Of a DNA stretch of 37,143 bases, positions 15,373 through 22,664 are shown one piece after another; positions within the stretch are counted from its first letter, which is position 1, and the number at the start of each line of letters is the position of its first letter. Origin of the DNA: Spirochaetales bacterium (lineage in GTDB: Bacteria > Spirochaetota > Spirochaetia > DSM-27196 > PWMO01); NCBI GenBank assembly GCA_007123465.1, contig SKLB01000094.1, positions 1 to 37,143 on the forward strand, written 5' to 3'. Both the position numbers and the translations under genes were made by a program. The notes under the pieces are model-generated. The model was not told the DNA's origin, ran no database searches, and worked only from the letters and a program-made list of their open reading frames with translations.

Positions 15373-17541
15373 TCAGAAGAAAAGCCGCATCAGGTTATAC
15401 TCGCCGAAAATCGAGACCGTAATCAGAGAGATCGTCGCCATGATCTTGATCAGGATATCCAGCGAAGGTCCAACGGTGTCCTTAAGCGGATCCCCCACCG
15501 TATCGCCGATGACGCCGGCGGAGTGTGCGTCGGATCCCTTGCCGCCGTGGTGCCCGTCTTCAATGTACTTCTTGGCGTTGTCCCACGCACCGCCGGAGTT
15601 GGCTGAGAACAGCGCAAGCATGACTGCCGAAAGCGTAGTCCCGATCAGCAACCCACCAACAAAGTCAGCGCCAAACACAAATCCACTCACGACTGGTGCC
15701 AGTACCGCGATCAGTGCCGGCACCTTCATCTCCGAGAGTGCCCCGGCTGAAGATATCTCGATACACAGCTTGTAATCCGGTCGTACGTCGCCGGTCAGGA
15801 TCCCCGGGTTTTCGCTGAATTGGCGCCGCACTTCCTGCACCATCTTGCGCGCAGCATTGGCAACCGCTTCAATCAGAATACCGGAGAACAGGTACGGCAG
15901 CGCAGCACCCACCAGGCCGCCGGCGAGCACCAGTGGGTTGATCATATCGAGTACCAGCACAAACGTGTTGATGTCGTCGCCTGGGCCGGCCTGCGAGTAC
16001 AGAAACGAGGCAAACAGAGAAAGAGCGGCCAACGCCGCCGAGCCGATGGCAAAGCCTTTGCCGATGGCGGCGGTAGTGTTGCCAACCGAGTCCAGTTTGT
16101 CGGTGATTTCACGCACGTACGGGTCGAGCTTTGACATCTCGCTGATACCGCCGGCGTTATCCGCTATTGGCCCGTACGTGTCCACGCTGACAGTAGCGGC
16201 AACGAACGACAGCATCCCGACAGCGGCCATCGCCACACCGTAGAGTCCTGCCATCGCATTGGCAGCAATAACCGCAATTGCCAGCACTATCAGCGGCAAA
16301 AAGGTTGACTTCATGCCAATCGCCATACCCTGCGTTATCGTAAGCCCGGTTCCCTCGCGACACGCCGCCGATATTCCCTGGGTCGGCTTGTAATCGTAAC
16401 TGGTGTAATACTCGGCAAGCTGCCCGATAGCGATGCCGCTGAGTATGCCGAAGACCGCCGCCGCCCACGGACTCATGACTCCCAGAGCAAAGCCCATTTC
16501 AGCCAGGCCTTCACCCTGTCCCTGAAAGTAAAAACTGGTAAAGATACCGGTTCCTATCAGAGTCAGCAACGCCGAGGTCCAGGTTGCTACATTCAGTTCT
16601 CTATGAGGGTGGTCGCTGGCCTTTTTGAGAACCAGCGTCAGGATGCCTGCCACGCACGCCAGAATCCCGATTGCCGCAAAAATCACCGGATAAGCCACCA
16701 TTCTCCCCACCAACTCACCGCTTACCTCTCGCGCGGTCCCGAGGCGAAGGTGGAACATGTAGGAGGCCAGCACCACTGCGGAGATAATCGAACCAACATA
16801 ACTCTCCAACAGGTCGGCACCCAGCCCGGCTACGTCACCGACGTTATCGCCCACGTTGTCTGCAATAGTAGCCGGGTTGCGCGGATCGTCCTCGGGAATG
16901 TGAGCTTCGGTCTTTCCAACGAGATCCGCGCCCATGTCGGCGGCCTTGGTGTAGATGCCGCCGCCCACCCGGTCAAACATGGCGATAATCGAACACCCGA
17001 GCGCATACCCGGAGACACTCATAGTAAACGGAATGAAGTTCACCCCGAGCCAGTTCACTATAACCGTGAGGTTAGCAGGATCGGTTTGTCCCAGTATCTG
17101 TCCAAATACGGCGTAAACAACACCCAGCCCCAATAGCGAGAATCCGGCAACGCTGAGCCCCATCACGCTTCCGCCCTGGAACGCGACCTTGAGCGTACTG
17201 CCGAGGCTCCTGGACTCGCGAGCACGATTGGAAACACGGACGTTGGCCAGCGTAGCTATCTTCATGCCGATCCAGCCGGCAGTACCGCTCATCAGCGCAC
17301 CGAAGATGAACGCCACCCCCGTATACCACGACACTACCACCGCCAGCAGTACCGCAATGATACTGGCGATAAAACCGATGATCTTGTACTCGTGGCTGAT
17401 GAAGGCGTCCGCGCCCTCCTGGATAGCCCCGGCTATCTCCTGCATCAAGGCCGTACCGGTGTCGAGCCGCTTCACTGCATAGAAGTTGATTGCCGCAAAT
17501 GACAGCGCCGCTACTACCGCAATAATGACGATTCCCAACAT
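15373..17541 (-). CDS. hppA: Membrane-bound, ion-pumping inorganic pyrophosphatase, K+-dependent signature
   Basis: 722 aa and highly hydrophobic. Motifs seen: DRVGGGIYTKAADMGADLVGK, DNVGDNVGD, GPIADNAGGI, GVIGDTVGDPLKDT and SVGNTTAAIGKGFAIGSAAL. Start placed at ATG 17541 (MLGIVIIAVV...). Confidence 0.92.
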   Translation of the reverse strand: MLGIVIIAVVAALSFAAINFYAVKRLDTGTALMQEIAGAIQEGADAFISHEYKIIGFIASIIAVLLAVVVSWYTGVAFIFGALMSGTAGWIGMKIATLANVRVSNRARESRSLGSTLKVAFQGGSVMGLSVAGFSLLGLGVVYAVFGQILGQTDPANLTVIVNWLGVNFIPFTMSVSGYALGCSIIAMFDRVGGGIYTKAADMGADLVGKTEAHIPEDDPRNPATIADNVGDNVGDVAGLGADLLESYVGSIISAVVLASYMFHLRLGTAREVSGELVGRMVAYPVIFAAIGILACVAGILTLVLKKASDHPHRELNVATWTSALLTLIGTGIFTSFYFQGQGEGLAEMGFALGVMSPWAAAVFGILSGIAIGQLAEYYTSYDYKPTQGISAACREGTGLTITQGMAIGMKSTFLPLIVLAIAVIAANAMAGLYGVAMAAVGMLSFVAATVSVDTYGPIADNAGGISEMSKLDPYVREITDKLDSVGNTTAAIGKGFAIGSAALAALSLFASFLYSQAGPGDDINTFVLVLDMINPLVLAGGLVGAALPYLFSGILIEAVANAARKMVQEVRRQFSENPGILTGDVRPDYKLCIEISSAGALSEMKVPALIAVLAPVVSGFVFGADFVGGLLIGTTLSAVMLALFSANSGGAWDNAKKYIEDGHHGGKGSDAHSAGVIGDTVGDPLKDTVGPSLDILIKIMATISLITVSIFGEYNLMRLFF

Positions 17542-17569
17542 GCGTCTACCATCCTCTTCATGGGTCGGA

Positions 17570-17598
17570 TTGACAAGAGAATAGCACTTCCTTATCGT
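17570..17598 (+). promoter_or_regulatory. Sigma70-type promoter candidate abutting the NUDIX start codon
   Basis: TTGACA (17570-17575), 17 nt of spacer, TATCGT (17593-17598), then only 8 nt to ATG 17607. No SD in between. Confidence 0.4.
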
Positions 17599-17606
17599 GT
17601 TGTGCA

Positions 17607-18110
17607 ATGCACTCGCTCTCAGAGCTAAAACGCATCAACTGGGATACCTGGAACCCGACAGATCAGGCGGTGCTCTGTTTCCTGCACCGCAATTCGCATG
17701 TCCTGCTGATTCACAAAAAACGCGGCCTTGGCCAGGGTAAGATAAACGGTCCCGGTGGCAGAATCGAGCCCGGCGAGACCGCCGCGGCTGCAGCAGTCCG
17801 TGAGACCCGCGAAGAGGTGGGCCTGACGCCGATTGATCCGCGCCTGCGGGGCGAACTCCGTTTCCAATTCCGCGATGGGTACGGCATACACGTTCGCGTC
17901 TTCTTTGCCGCAGACTGGTTCGGCCGCATGATCGAAACCGAAGAGGCGCTGCCGTTCTGGTGCAGTACCGCCGCCATTCCGTACGACCGCATGTGGGCTG
18001 ATGACCGCCTGTGGCTGCCGCCGGCACTGCACGGGCTCTACGTTCGCGGAAGGTTCACGTTTGACGGCGATACAATGCTCGATCACGTTATCGAGCAATC
18101 GAGGCCCTGA
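17607..18110 (+). CDS. NUDIX hydrolase (MutT-like)
   Basis: Nudix box GGRIEPGETAAAAAVRETREEVGL (Gx5Ex7REUxEExGU). 167 aa. Confidence 0.85.
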   Translation: MHSLSELKRINWDTWNPTDQAVLCFLHRNSHVLLIHKKRGLGQGKINGPGGRIEPGETAAAAAVRETREEVGLTPIDPRLRGELRFQFRDGYGIHVRVFFAADWFGRMIETEEALPFWCSTAAIPYDRMWADDRLWLPPALHGLYVRGRFTFDGDTMLDHVIEQSRP

Positions 18111-18112
18111 AG

Positions 18113-20326
18113 TTACTCGCTGTAGAACGTCCAGCGCCGCTGGCCGCCGGAGCCCTTGATTCGGTACATCGCCTCGTCGGCACGCAGCAGCAGCCTTTCG
18201 AACTGGTCGCCGTCCTGGGGAAACACAGTGGCTCCGGCACTCGGACGAACTATGATCGGGCCGTGATCGAGAGCTATCGGCGCTTCGATACGGGTGATCA
18301 GCTTATCGATAGCCCTGCGCACCGCTTCGGTATTTCCGACATCACGCATAAGGACAACAAACTCGTCACCGCCGATGCGGGCCACAACGTCTGAGGAACG
18401 AACTGAAGCTGCCAGCCGCGCCGCTACCGTACGAAGAACCGCATCACCAGAGGCGTGACCGAATTGGTCATTGACGGGCTTGAAATCATCGAGGTCGACG
18501 TAGAGCACTACGAAGCGGCTGCTCTGCCGACGGGCCAGTGGAAGGTATTTCTCGATCACGTCATTCAGCAGCCGACGATTTGGCAACCCGGTCAGGTTGT
18601 CGTGGTTTGCCATGTGCTGAATCATCTGATTAGCTCGCTGCAGTTCGGCCTTCTCGTCGGTGAGCTCTTTGTTGAGCTGCACCATCCGCTCGAGAATCAG
18701 CGAGTTTTCCAGTGCAATCGCGATGTAGGACGACAGAACACGCAACGTCTCAGTCTCGCCCTCGCTGTAGGCGTGCCGCCGGCGACTCTGTACGGTCAGC
18801 ACGCCGATTGCCCGATCCCGCACGATCAGCGGCAGATAGAGCGCTGACTTGTTGGGGGTACCTACACTCTGCGGCCGTTCGGGGACGTAGCGTTCGTACT
18901 CGGTGTCGAGGTCTCCGATAACCGCTTCTCTGCGCTCACGGACACACCATGCTCCAAGACTACGGCGGTCGTCCAACGCTACTTCTATCGGCGCCAACGC
19001 CTGACCTGCCTCGATGAAAAATCGGTAGGTTAGCATCCCGGTATCCTGGTTAAGCACGCCCAGTCCCAGCGAGTCGGTCGACACCAGCGAATTGATCGCC
19101 GCGTGAACCGCAAACATCAGCTTTCCCAGATCCAGCGAAGCGGTTATGTCGCGGCCGATGTTAGCAATCACGGTGAGTTTACGATTGGCCTCCGCGAGAG
19201 CTTCGGTCTTCTGCCGGAGTTCACCTACCCGCAAACGCGTACGTTCAGAATCGAAGTCCTCGCGGTCTCGATCGATCTCTGCCATGATGCTGCCAACCCG
19301 CTGCCGGACAGCTTCGCTGCTCAGCGACTGCTGCAGCTCCGCCGAACGCTTATAGTACTCAAGCGCCTTGCGATCCTGTCCGCTCTTCTCGAAGAGCTGC
19401 GATGCCCGCAAGTAGCTCTTGTGAGCGTGCGCACCTGCGTCTATGCTTTCGCTGATATCGATGGCTTCGAGATAGCACTGCAGCGCTTCTTCATCCCTGC
19501 CGGTCTGCTGTAACAGCCAGCCGAGGTGTTGCAGCGCTTCCACCAGATTGAAGCGGTTGCCACCGGCGCGATACAGCGCGATACTTTTGCGGTGGCACGC
19601 TTCGGCACTCTGGTGTTCTCCCAAGTCCTGGTGCAGCCTCCCCAAAGATGTGAGACACTCGGCGCGCGCCGATTCTGCGGATTGCTCAGCGGCGGCCTGC
19701 AGAGCTCGATTCAGATGCAGTAACGCCGGTTCACTGCGGTGCATCTTGCGATACACGTCCCCAATTGCTATCTCCAGAGTGGTAAGCGTTGTAAGCGCTC
19801 CTGCTTCCTGGGCCGCCTGGCGTGCACGCTCGTAGAACTCCAGCGCCTGCTCGAGGCGCTGCATAGCCTCGCACACCTCTCCAATGCGGTAGAGTGCAGC
19901 GGTCTCGTGCGTCTTGAGGCCGCGAGCTTGAGCCTCAGACAGCACTTCCTCAAAGCACTCGAGTGCAAAATTGAACTGACTCACGCGATGATAGACTACG
20001 CCGATGCCGCTCAGCGTCTCCAGGCGTCCGTCCTGATCTCCAATAGCTCCGAACAGTACCAGTGCACGTTCAAAGCTTGCCAGCGAATCTTCGTAGGCGC
20101 ACAGTTCGACCTGTGCCGAGCCTGCAATAAGCAGCGCCTGCGCTGCAGCGCGGTCATCACGCGCCATGACCGCGGCGCGGTGAGCCTGTTGAGCGTTGGT
20201 AAGTGCGGTATGTGGTGACACCGGGACGCTCGCGCGAGCCTCGAGCAACAGCGCACCTAAAGCGTCGAGTTGACCCGGACCCTGATTGTTCCCATCCTGC
20301 CCGTCGATGCCGCACCGTCCTTGCAT
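18113..20326 (-). CDS. TPR-GAF-GGDEF diguanylate cyclase with intact I-site
   Basis: The N-terminal ~330 aa contain repeated TPR-like A..Y/L..G units. The central segment is GAF-like (ITASLDLGKLMFAVH...LYLPLIVRDRAIGVLTVQS). The C-terminus has HDNLTGLPNRR and RSSD-VVARI-GGDEF (18359-18400), meaning RxxD sits five residues before GGDEF. Confidence 0.85.
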   Translation of the reverse strand: MQGRCGIDGQDGNNQGPGQLDALGALLLEARASVPVSPHTALTNAQQAHRAAVMARDDRAAAQALLIAGSAQVELCAYEDSLASFERALVLFGAIGDQDGRLETLSGIGVVYHRVSQFNFALECFEEVLSEAQARGLKTHETAALYRIGEVCEAMQRLEQALEFYERARQAAQEAGALTTLTTLEIAIGDVYRKMHRSEPALLHLNRALQAAAEQSAESARAECLTSLGRLHQDLGEHQSAEACHRKSIALYRAGGNRFNLVEALQHLGWLLQQTGRDEEALQCYLEAIDISESIDAGAHAHKSYLRASQLFEKSGQDRKALEYYKRSAELQQSLSSEAVRQRVGSIMAEIDRDREDFDSERTRLRVGELRQKTEALAEANRKLTVIANIGRDITASLDLGKLMFAVHAAINSLVSTDSLGLGVLNQDTGMLTYRFFIEAGQALAPIEVALDDRRSLGAWCVRERREAVIGDLDTEYERYVPERPQSVGTPNKSALYLPLIVRDRAIGVLTVQSRRRHAYSEGETETLRVLSSYIAIALENSLILERMVQLNKELTDEKAELQRANQMIQHMANHDNLTGLPNRRLLNDVIEKYLPLARRQSSRFVVLYVDLDDFKPVNDQFGHASGDAVLRTVAARLAASVRSSDVVARIGGDEFVVLMRDVGNTEAVRRAIDKLITRIEAPIALDHGPIIVRPSAGATVFPQDGDQFERLLLRADEAMYRIKGSGGQRRWTFYSE

Positions 20327-20338
20327 GCTAATCTATTG

Positions 20339-20367
20339 AATATAGCGTGTGTCGCCGGACAGTGCAA
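20339..20367 (-). promoter_or_regulatory. Sigma70-type promoter candidate abutting the GGDEF gene start
   Basis: Minus strand: TTGCAC (20367-20362), 17 nt of spacer, TATATT (20344-20339), then 12 nt to ATG 20326. No SD. Confidence 0.35.
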
Positions 20368-20382
20368 CAAAGCTGTGGGGTG

Positions 20383-21336
20383 CTATTCGTGGAAATCGCG
20401 TATGGCAGAGACTTCGCGCAGCTTACGCACCGCTTTCTCCTGAATCTGGCGCACGCGCTCGCGCGTGATACCCAGATACTTGCCGGTCTCTTCCAGGGTC
20501 AACGGCCCTTCTCCGGCCAGCCCGAACCTGAGCTCGATGATCCGCTTCTCGCGTGTGCTCAGCTGGCGTAGCACACGCTCGAGAGTATCCTGGAGCGTCA
20601 AGTGGAAAACGCGATCAAAGGGCTGCTGATGCTGCTCGTCCTCGATCAGATCAGAAAGCCGTGTGTAGTTGTCATCGTCAACGGTAATATCGAGTGATGT
20701 GGTGTCCTGAGACAGCGCCATGATCTCGCTTACTCGCGCAGCAGAGATATCGAGGAATTCCGAAACTTCATGACTCTCGGGGTCTCGTCCCAGTTCCTGG
20801 GTCAGCTGCTTGGCGACGTAGTAACACTTTTTGATGGTATTGAGCATGTGAACCGGAATTCGGATCACGCGGCCCTTATCGGCCAGTGACTTGATAATTG
20901 CCTGCCGGATCCACCACGTGCCGTAGGTGGAGAAACGGCACCCTTTCTGATAATCAAACCGATCAACCGCTTCGATCAGCCCGATGTTTCCTTCATCGAT
21001 AAGGTCCAGAAGGCTCAGTCCGCGGTTCTGGTACTTCTTGGCGATTGATACCACCAGCCGCAGATTGGCGTTGATCATGCGATTCTTTTCCAGCCGCAGC
21101 TGCTCCTCGATCTCCACCACCTTTGGCGGAGATTTCTCTCGAGCTATCTGACGGCGCAGCTTCTGCAGCTGTTGCCCGATGCGCTGTTCTTCTTCAATTG
21201 TCAGCAACGGGTACCTGGCGATCTGTTTGAGATAGAACGCCAGAGGATCCGACTCGGTTGCAGCTTCCCGGCGCTCTGCAGTAGTTCTGCACCCGGGTTG
21301 CCGAATATGCCTGCGCTGCGCCTGCGGTTCTTTCAT
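20383..21336 (-). CDS. Sigma-70 family sigma factor, RpoS/group-2-like (317 aa)
   Basis: Regions 1.2 to 4 are recognisable: FYLKQIARYPLLTIEEE, NLRLVVSIAKKYQNRGLSLLDLIDEGNIGLIEAVDRFD, FSTYGTWWIRQAI, IRIPVHM and LGITRERVRQIQEKAVRKLR. No long region 1.1 or non-conserved insert, so the size is RpoS-like. It lies directly downstream of an NlpD-like gene. Confidence 0.85.
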   Translation of the reverse strand: MKEPQAQRRHIRQPGCRTTAERREAATESDPLAFYLKQIARYPLLTIEEEQRIGQQLQKLRRQIAREKSPPKVVEIEEQLRLEKNRMINANLRLVVSIAKKYQNRGLSLLDLIDEGNIGLIEAVDRFDYQKGCRFSTYGTWWIRQAIIKSLADKGRVIRIPVHMLNTIKKCYYVAKQLTQELGRDPESHEVSEFLDISAARVSEIMALSQDTTSLDITVDDDNYTRLSDLIEDEQHQQPFDRVFHLTLQDTLERVLRQLSTREKRIIELRFGLAGEGPLTLEETGKYLGITRERVRQIQEKAVRKLREVSAIRDFHE

Positions 21337-21376
21337 TGCCCCTCAGTTCTCCCGGTCCAGCGTTTGCTGCACAACA

Positions 21377-22168
21377 TCATCCTCTGGGTGCTCGTCCTGG
21401 ATCGACAAAGCGATTGTTTCTCCAGACGGTGAAGAACACGTTTGTACCGCCGTCGCTGCCTTGACCCACGGTGCCGATACTGGTTCCCGTTTGAACACGA
21501 TCACCGGTTTCAACTCGCAGTTCCTCGTTGCCACCGTAGACGTAGATGAAACCCGATGCGCTTTGCACAAACACTACCCGGCCGAAGCTGCTGTGAGGAC
21601 CCGAGTAGATGACCTGCCCCGCAGCAACCGCAACTACCGGGTCTCCCCGGTCACCTTCAATCCTGATACCGGGGAACTTGCCGTCCAGTGCCGTGCGCTT
21701 TCCCGGGTGCGGCCACACTTCCGATCCACCGTTCAGTGTCACCGTAGCAGCAGTATCGATCGAAGGAGTTGACGAAGACGCGCTTGCTGACTGTGTGGTA
21801 TCAGAAGTTGAGCCGGCGCGGCCGCCTGGGGGAATTCTGAGAGTGTCCCCAACGCGCAGAGTTGTTGACTCGCTGCGATTATTGGCCGACAACAGCTCGG
21901 AGAGGGACACGCCGTACTTCCTCGATATGCCGTAGTAGGTTTCACCACGCTCAACGCGATGAGTAGACGGGATTCGCAGTTGCCTTCCGATACTGACTCG
22001 CGAAGGATCCGAGATATCGTTGACCGTTTGCAGCAGTTCAACCGAAACGTTGTAGCGGCGGGCAATAGAGAAGATTGTGTCTCCGCGTTCTACCACGTGG
22101 ATAACGTCGTCGGCCACGGATAATTGTGCGGCAAGAAGTAGTGCAAGGAAGAGGCCTGTTTTTCTCAT
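21377..22168 (-). CDS. NlpD-like protein: signal peptide, 2x LysM, degenerate M23/LytM domain
   Basis: Signal peptide MRKTGLFLALLLAAQLSVA. LysM repeats HVVERGDTIFSIARRYNVSVELLQTVN and HRVERGETYYGISRKYGVSLSELLSAN, then a Ser/Thr linker. The LytM fold lacks its metal ligands: FPGIRI replaces HxGxD and NVFFTVW replaces HLHFE. Confidence 0.8.
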   Translation of the reverse strand: MRKTGLFLALLLAAQLSVADDVIHVVERGDTIFSIARRYNVSVELLQTVNDISDPSRVSIGRQLRIPSTHRVERGETYYGISRKYGVSLSELLSANNRSESTTLRVGDTLRIPPGGRAGSTSDTTQSASASSSTPSIDTAATVTLNGGSEVWPHPGKRTALDGKFPGIRIEGDRGDPVVAVAAGQVIYSGPHSSFGRVVFVQSASGFIYVYGGNEELRVETGDRVQTGTSIGTVGQGSDGGTNVFFTVWRNNRFVDPGRAPRG

Positions 22169-22230
22169 TGTGCCCGCCAACTCGTTCTTATCTTCGGAAC
22201 GAGGAGCCATAAACATGACCCTTTGATTGG

Positions 22231-22251
22231 CAGGCGTTGATCAGGCGTTGA
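22231..22251. repeat. Tandem direct repeat, CAGGCGTTGA twice with an 11-bp period
   Basis: caggcgttga t caggcgttga, read directly. It lies 63-83 nt upstream of the NlpD-like start, between that gene and tRNA-Pro. Confidence 0.6.
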
Positions 22252-22324
22252 CTAATAGACGGACCAGAGTCACAGACGAGCGCGCCGGGCTTCCGCGGAG
22301 CGGAGCCGGCCTGCGCTGGCTAAG

Positions 22325-22397
22325 TCGGGCTGGGCGGATTTGAACCGCCGACCTCACGGTCCCGAACCGCGCGCGCTAGCCCCTGCGCTACAGCCCG
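22325..22397 (-). tRNA. tRNA-Pro (anticodon CGG)
   Basis: Hand-folded cloverleaf on the minus strand. Acceptor CGGGCTG/CAGCCCG, D stem GCGC/GCGC, anticodon stem CGCGG/CCGTG with loop TTCGGGA, variable loop AGGTC, T arm GGCGG-TTCAAAT-CCGCC, discriminator A. 73 nt, CCA not encoded. Confidence 0.9.
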
Positions 22398-22426
22398 AAA
22401 AAAATACCCGCGTGCAGCGGGATATA
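22398..22426 (-). terminator. Short hairpin plus T7 tract between the two tRNA genes (weak intrinsic-terminator-like or processing element)
   Basis: Minus strand: CCCGC-TGCAC-GCGGG (22421-22407), then TA, then TTTTTTT (22404-22398). It runs directly into the 5' end of tRNA-Pro. Confidence 0.3.
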
Positions 22427-22501
22427 CGGGAGCGACGGGGATTGAACCCGCGACCTCCGGCTTGACAGGCCGGCGCGATAAACCAACTTCGCCACGCCCC
22501 C
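22427..22501 (-). tRNA. tRNA-Asp (anticodon GUC)
   Basis: Hand-folded. Acceptor GGGGGCG/CGCTCCC with one G-T pair, D stem GCGA/TCGC, anticodon stem CCGGC/GCCGG with loop CTGTCAA, variable loop AGGTC, T arm GCGGG-TTCAATC-CCCGT, discriminator G. 75 nt, CCA not encoded. Confidence 0.9.
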
Positions 22502-22513
22502 GTGACGCGTCTG

Positions 22514-22542
22514 AATGTAGCCGAGTTTGGCATTTGTGTCAA
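22514..22542 (-). promoter_or_regulatory. Sigma70-type promoter for the tRNA-Asp/tRNA-Pro unit
   Basis: Minus strand: TTGACA (22542-22537), 17 nt of spacer, TACATT (22519-22514), then 12 nt to the mature tRNA-Asp 5' end. Confidence 0.55.
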
Positions 22543-22567
22543 GCACCGCGGCAGGCGCTCGAGACAA

Positions 22568-22596
22568 TTGACATTGCAGCAGCAGCGTGGTAGCTT
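22568..22596 (+). promoter_or_regulatory. Sigma70-type promoter candidate for the PpiD-like / Maf gene pair
   Basis: TTGACA (22568-22573), 17 nt of spacer, TAGCTT (22591-22596). A ~68-nt leader with GGAAGGA precedes ATG 22665. Confidence 0.4.
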
Positions 22597-22664
22597 ACGA
22601 TTGTCTGCGGATCATGCAAAAATCCCTGCTAAACCTGTAACACAGTGGAAGGATAGTAGCGCAT

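Noticed and set aside
18111-18112. Convergent gene pairs with almost no spacer or with overlap (NUDIX/GGDEF 2-nt gap, Maf/lepA 20-nt overlap, sppA/81-aa ORF 37-nt overlap) as evidence of something unusual
   Set aside because: Tight convergent packing without hairpin terminators is common in compact GC-rich genomes. No specific structure is visible at these junctions.
22261-22324. GC-rich imperfect hairpin (GCCGGCTCCGC...GCGGAAGCCCGGC) just 3' of tRNA-Pro, considered as the tRNA operon terminator
   Set aside because: It has an internal mismatch loop and no following T tract on the transcribed strand, so it cannot be called an intrinsic terminator from sequence alone.
22169-22664. The tRNA-Pro/tRNA-Asp locus as an integration site for a genomic island
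   Set aside because: There is no integrase, no duplicated tRNA 3' segment (att-like direct repeat) and no compositional break visible on either side. The flanking genes are core envelope and sigma-factor genes.
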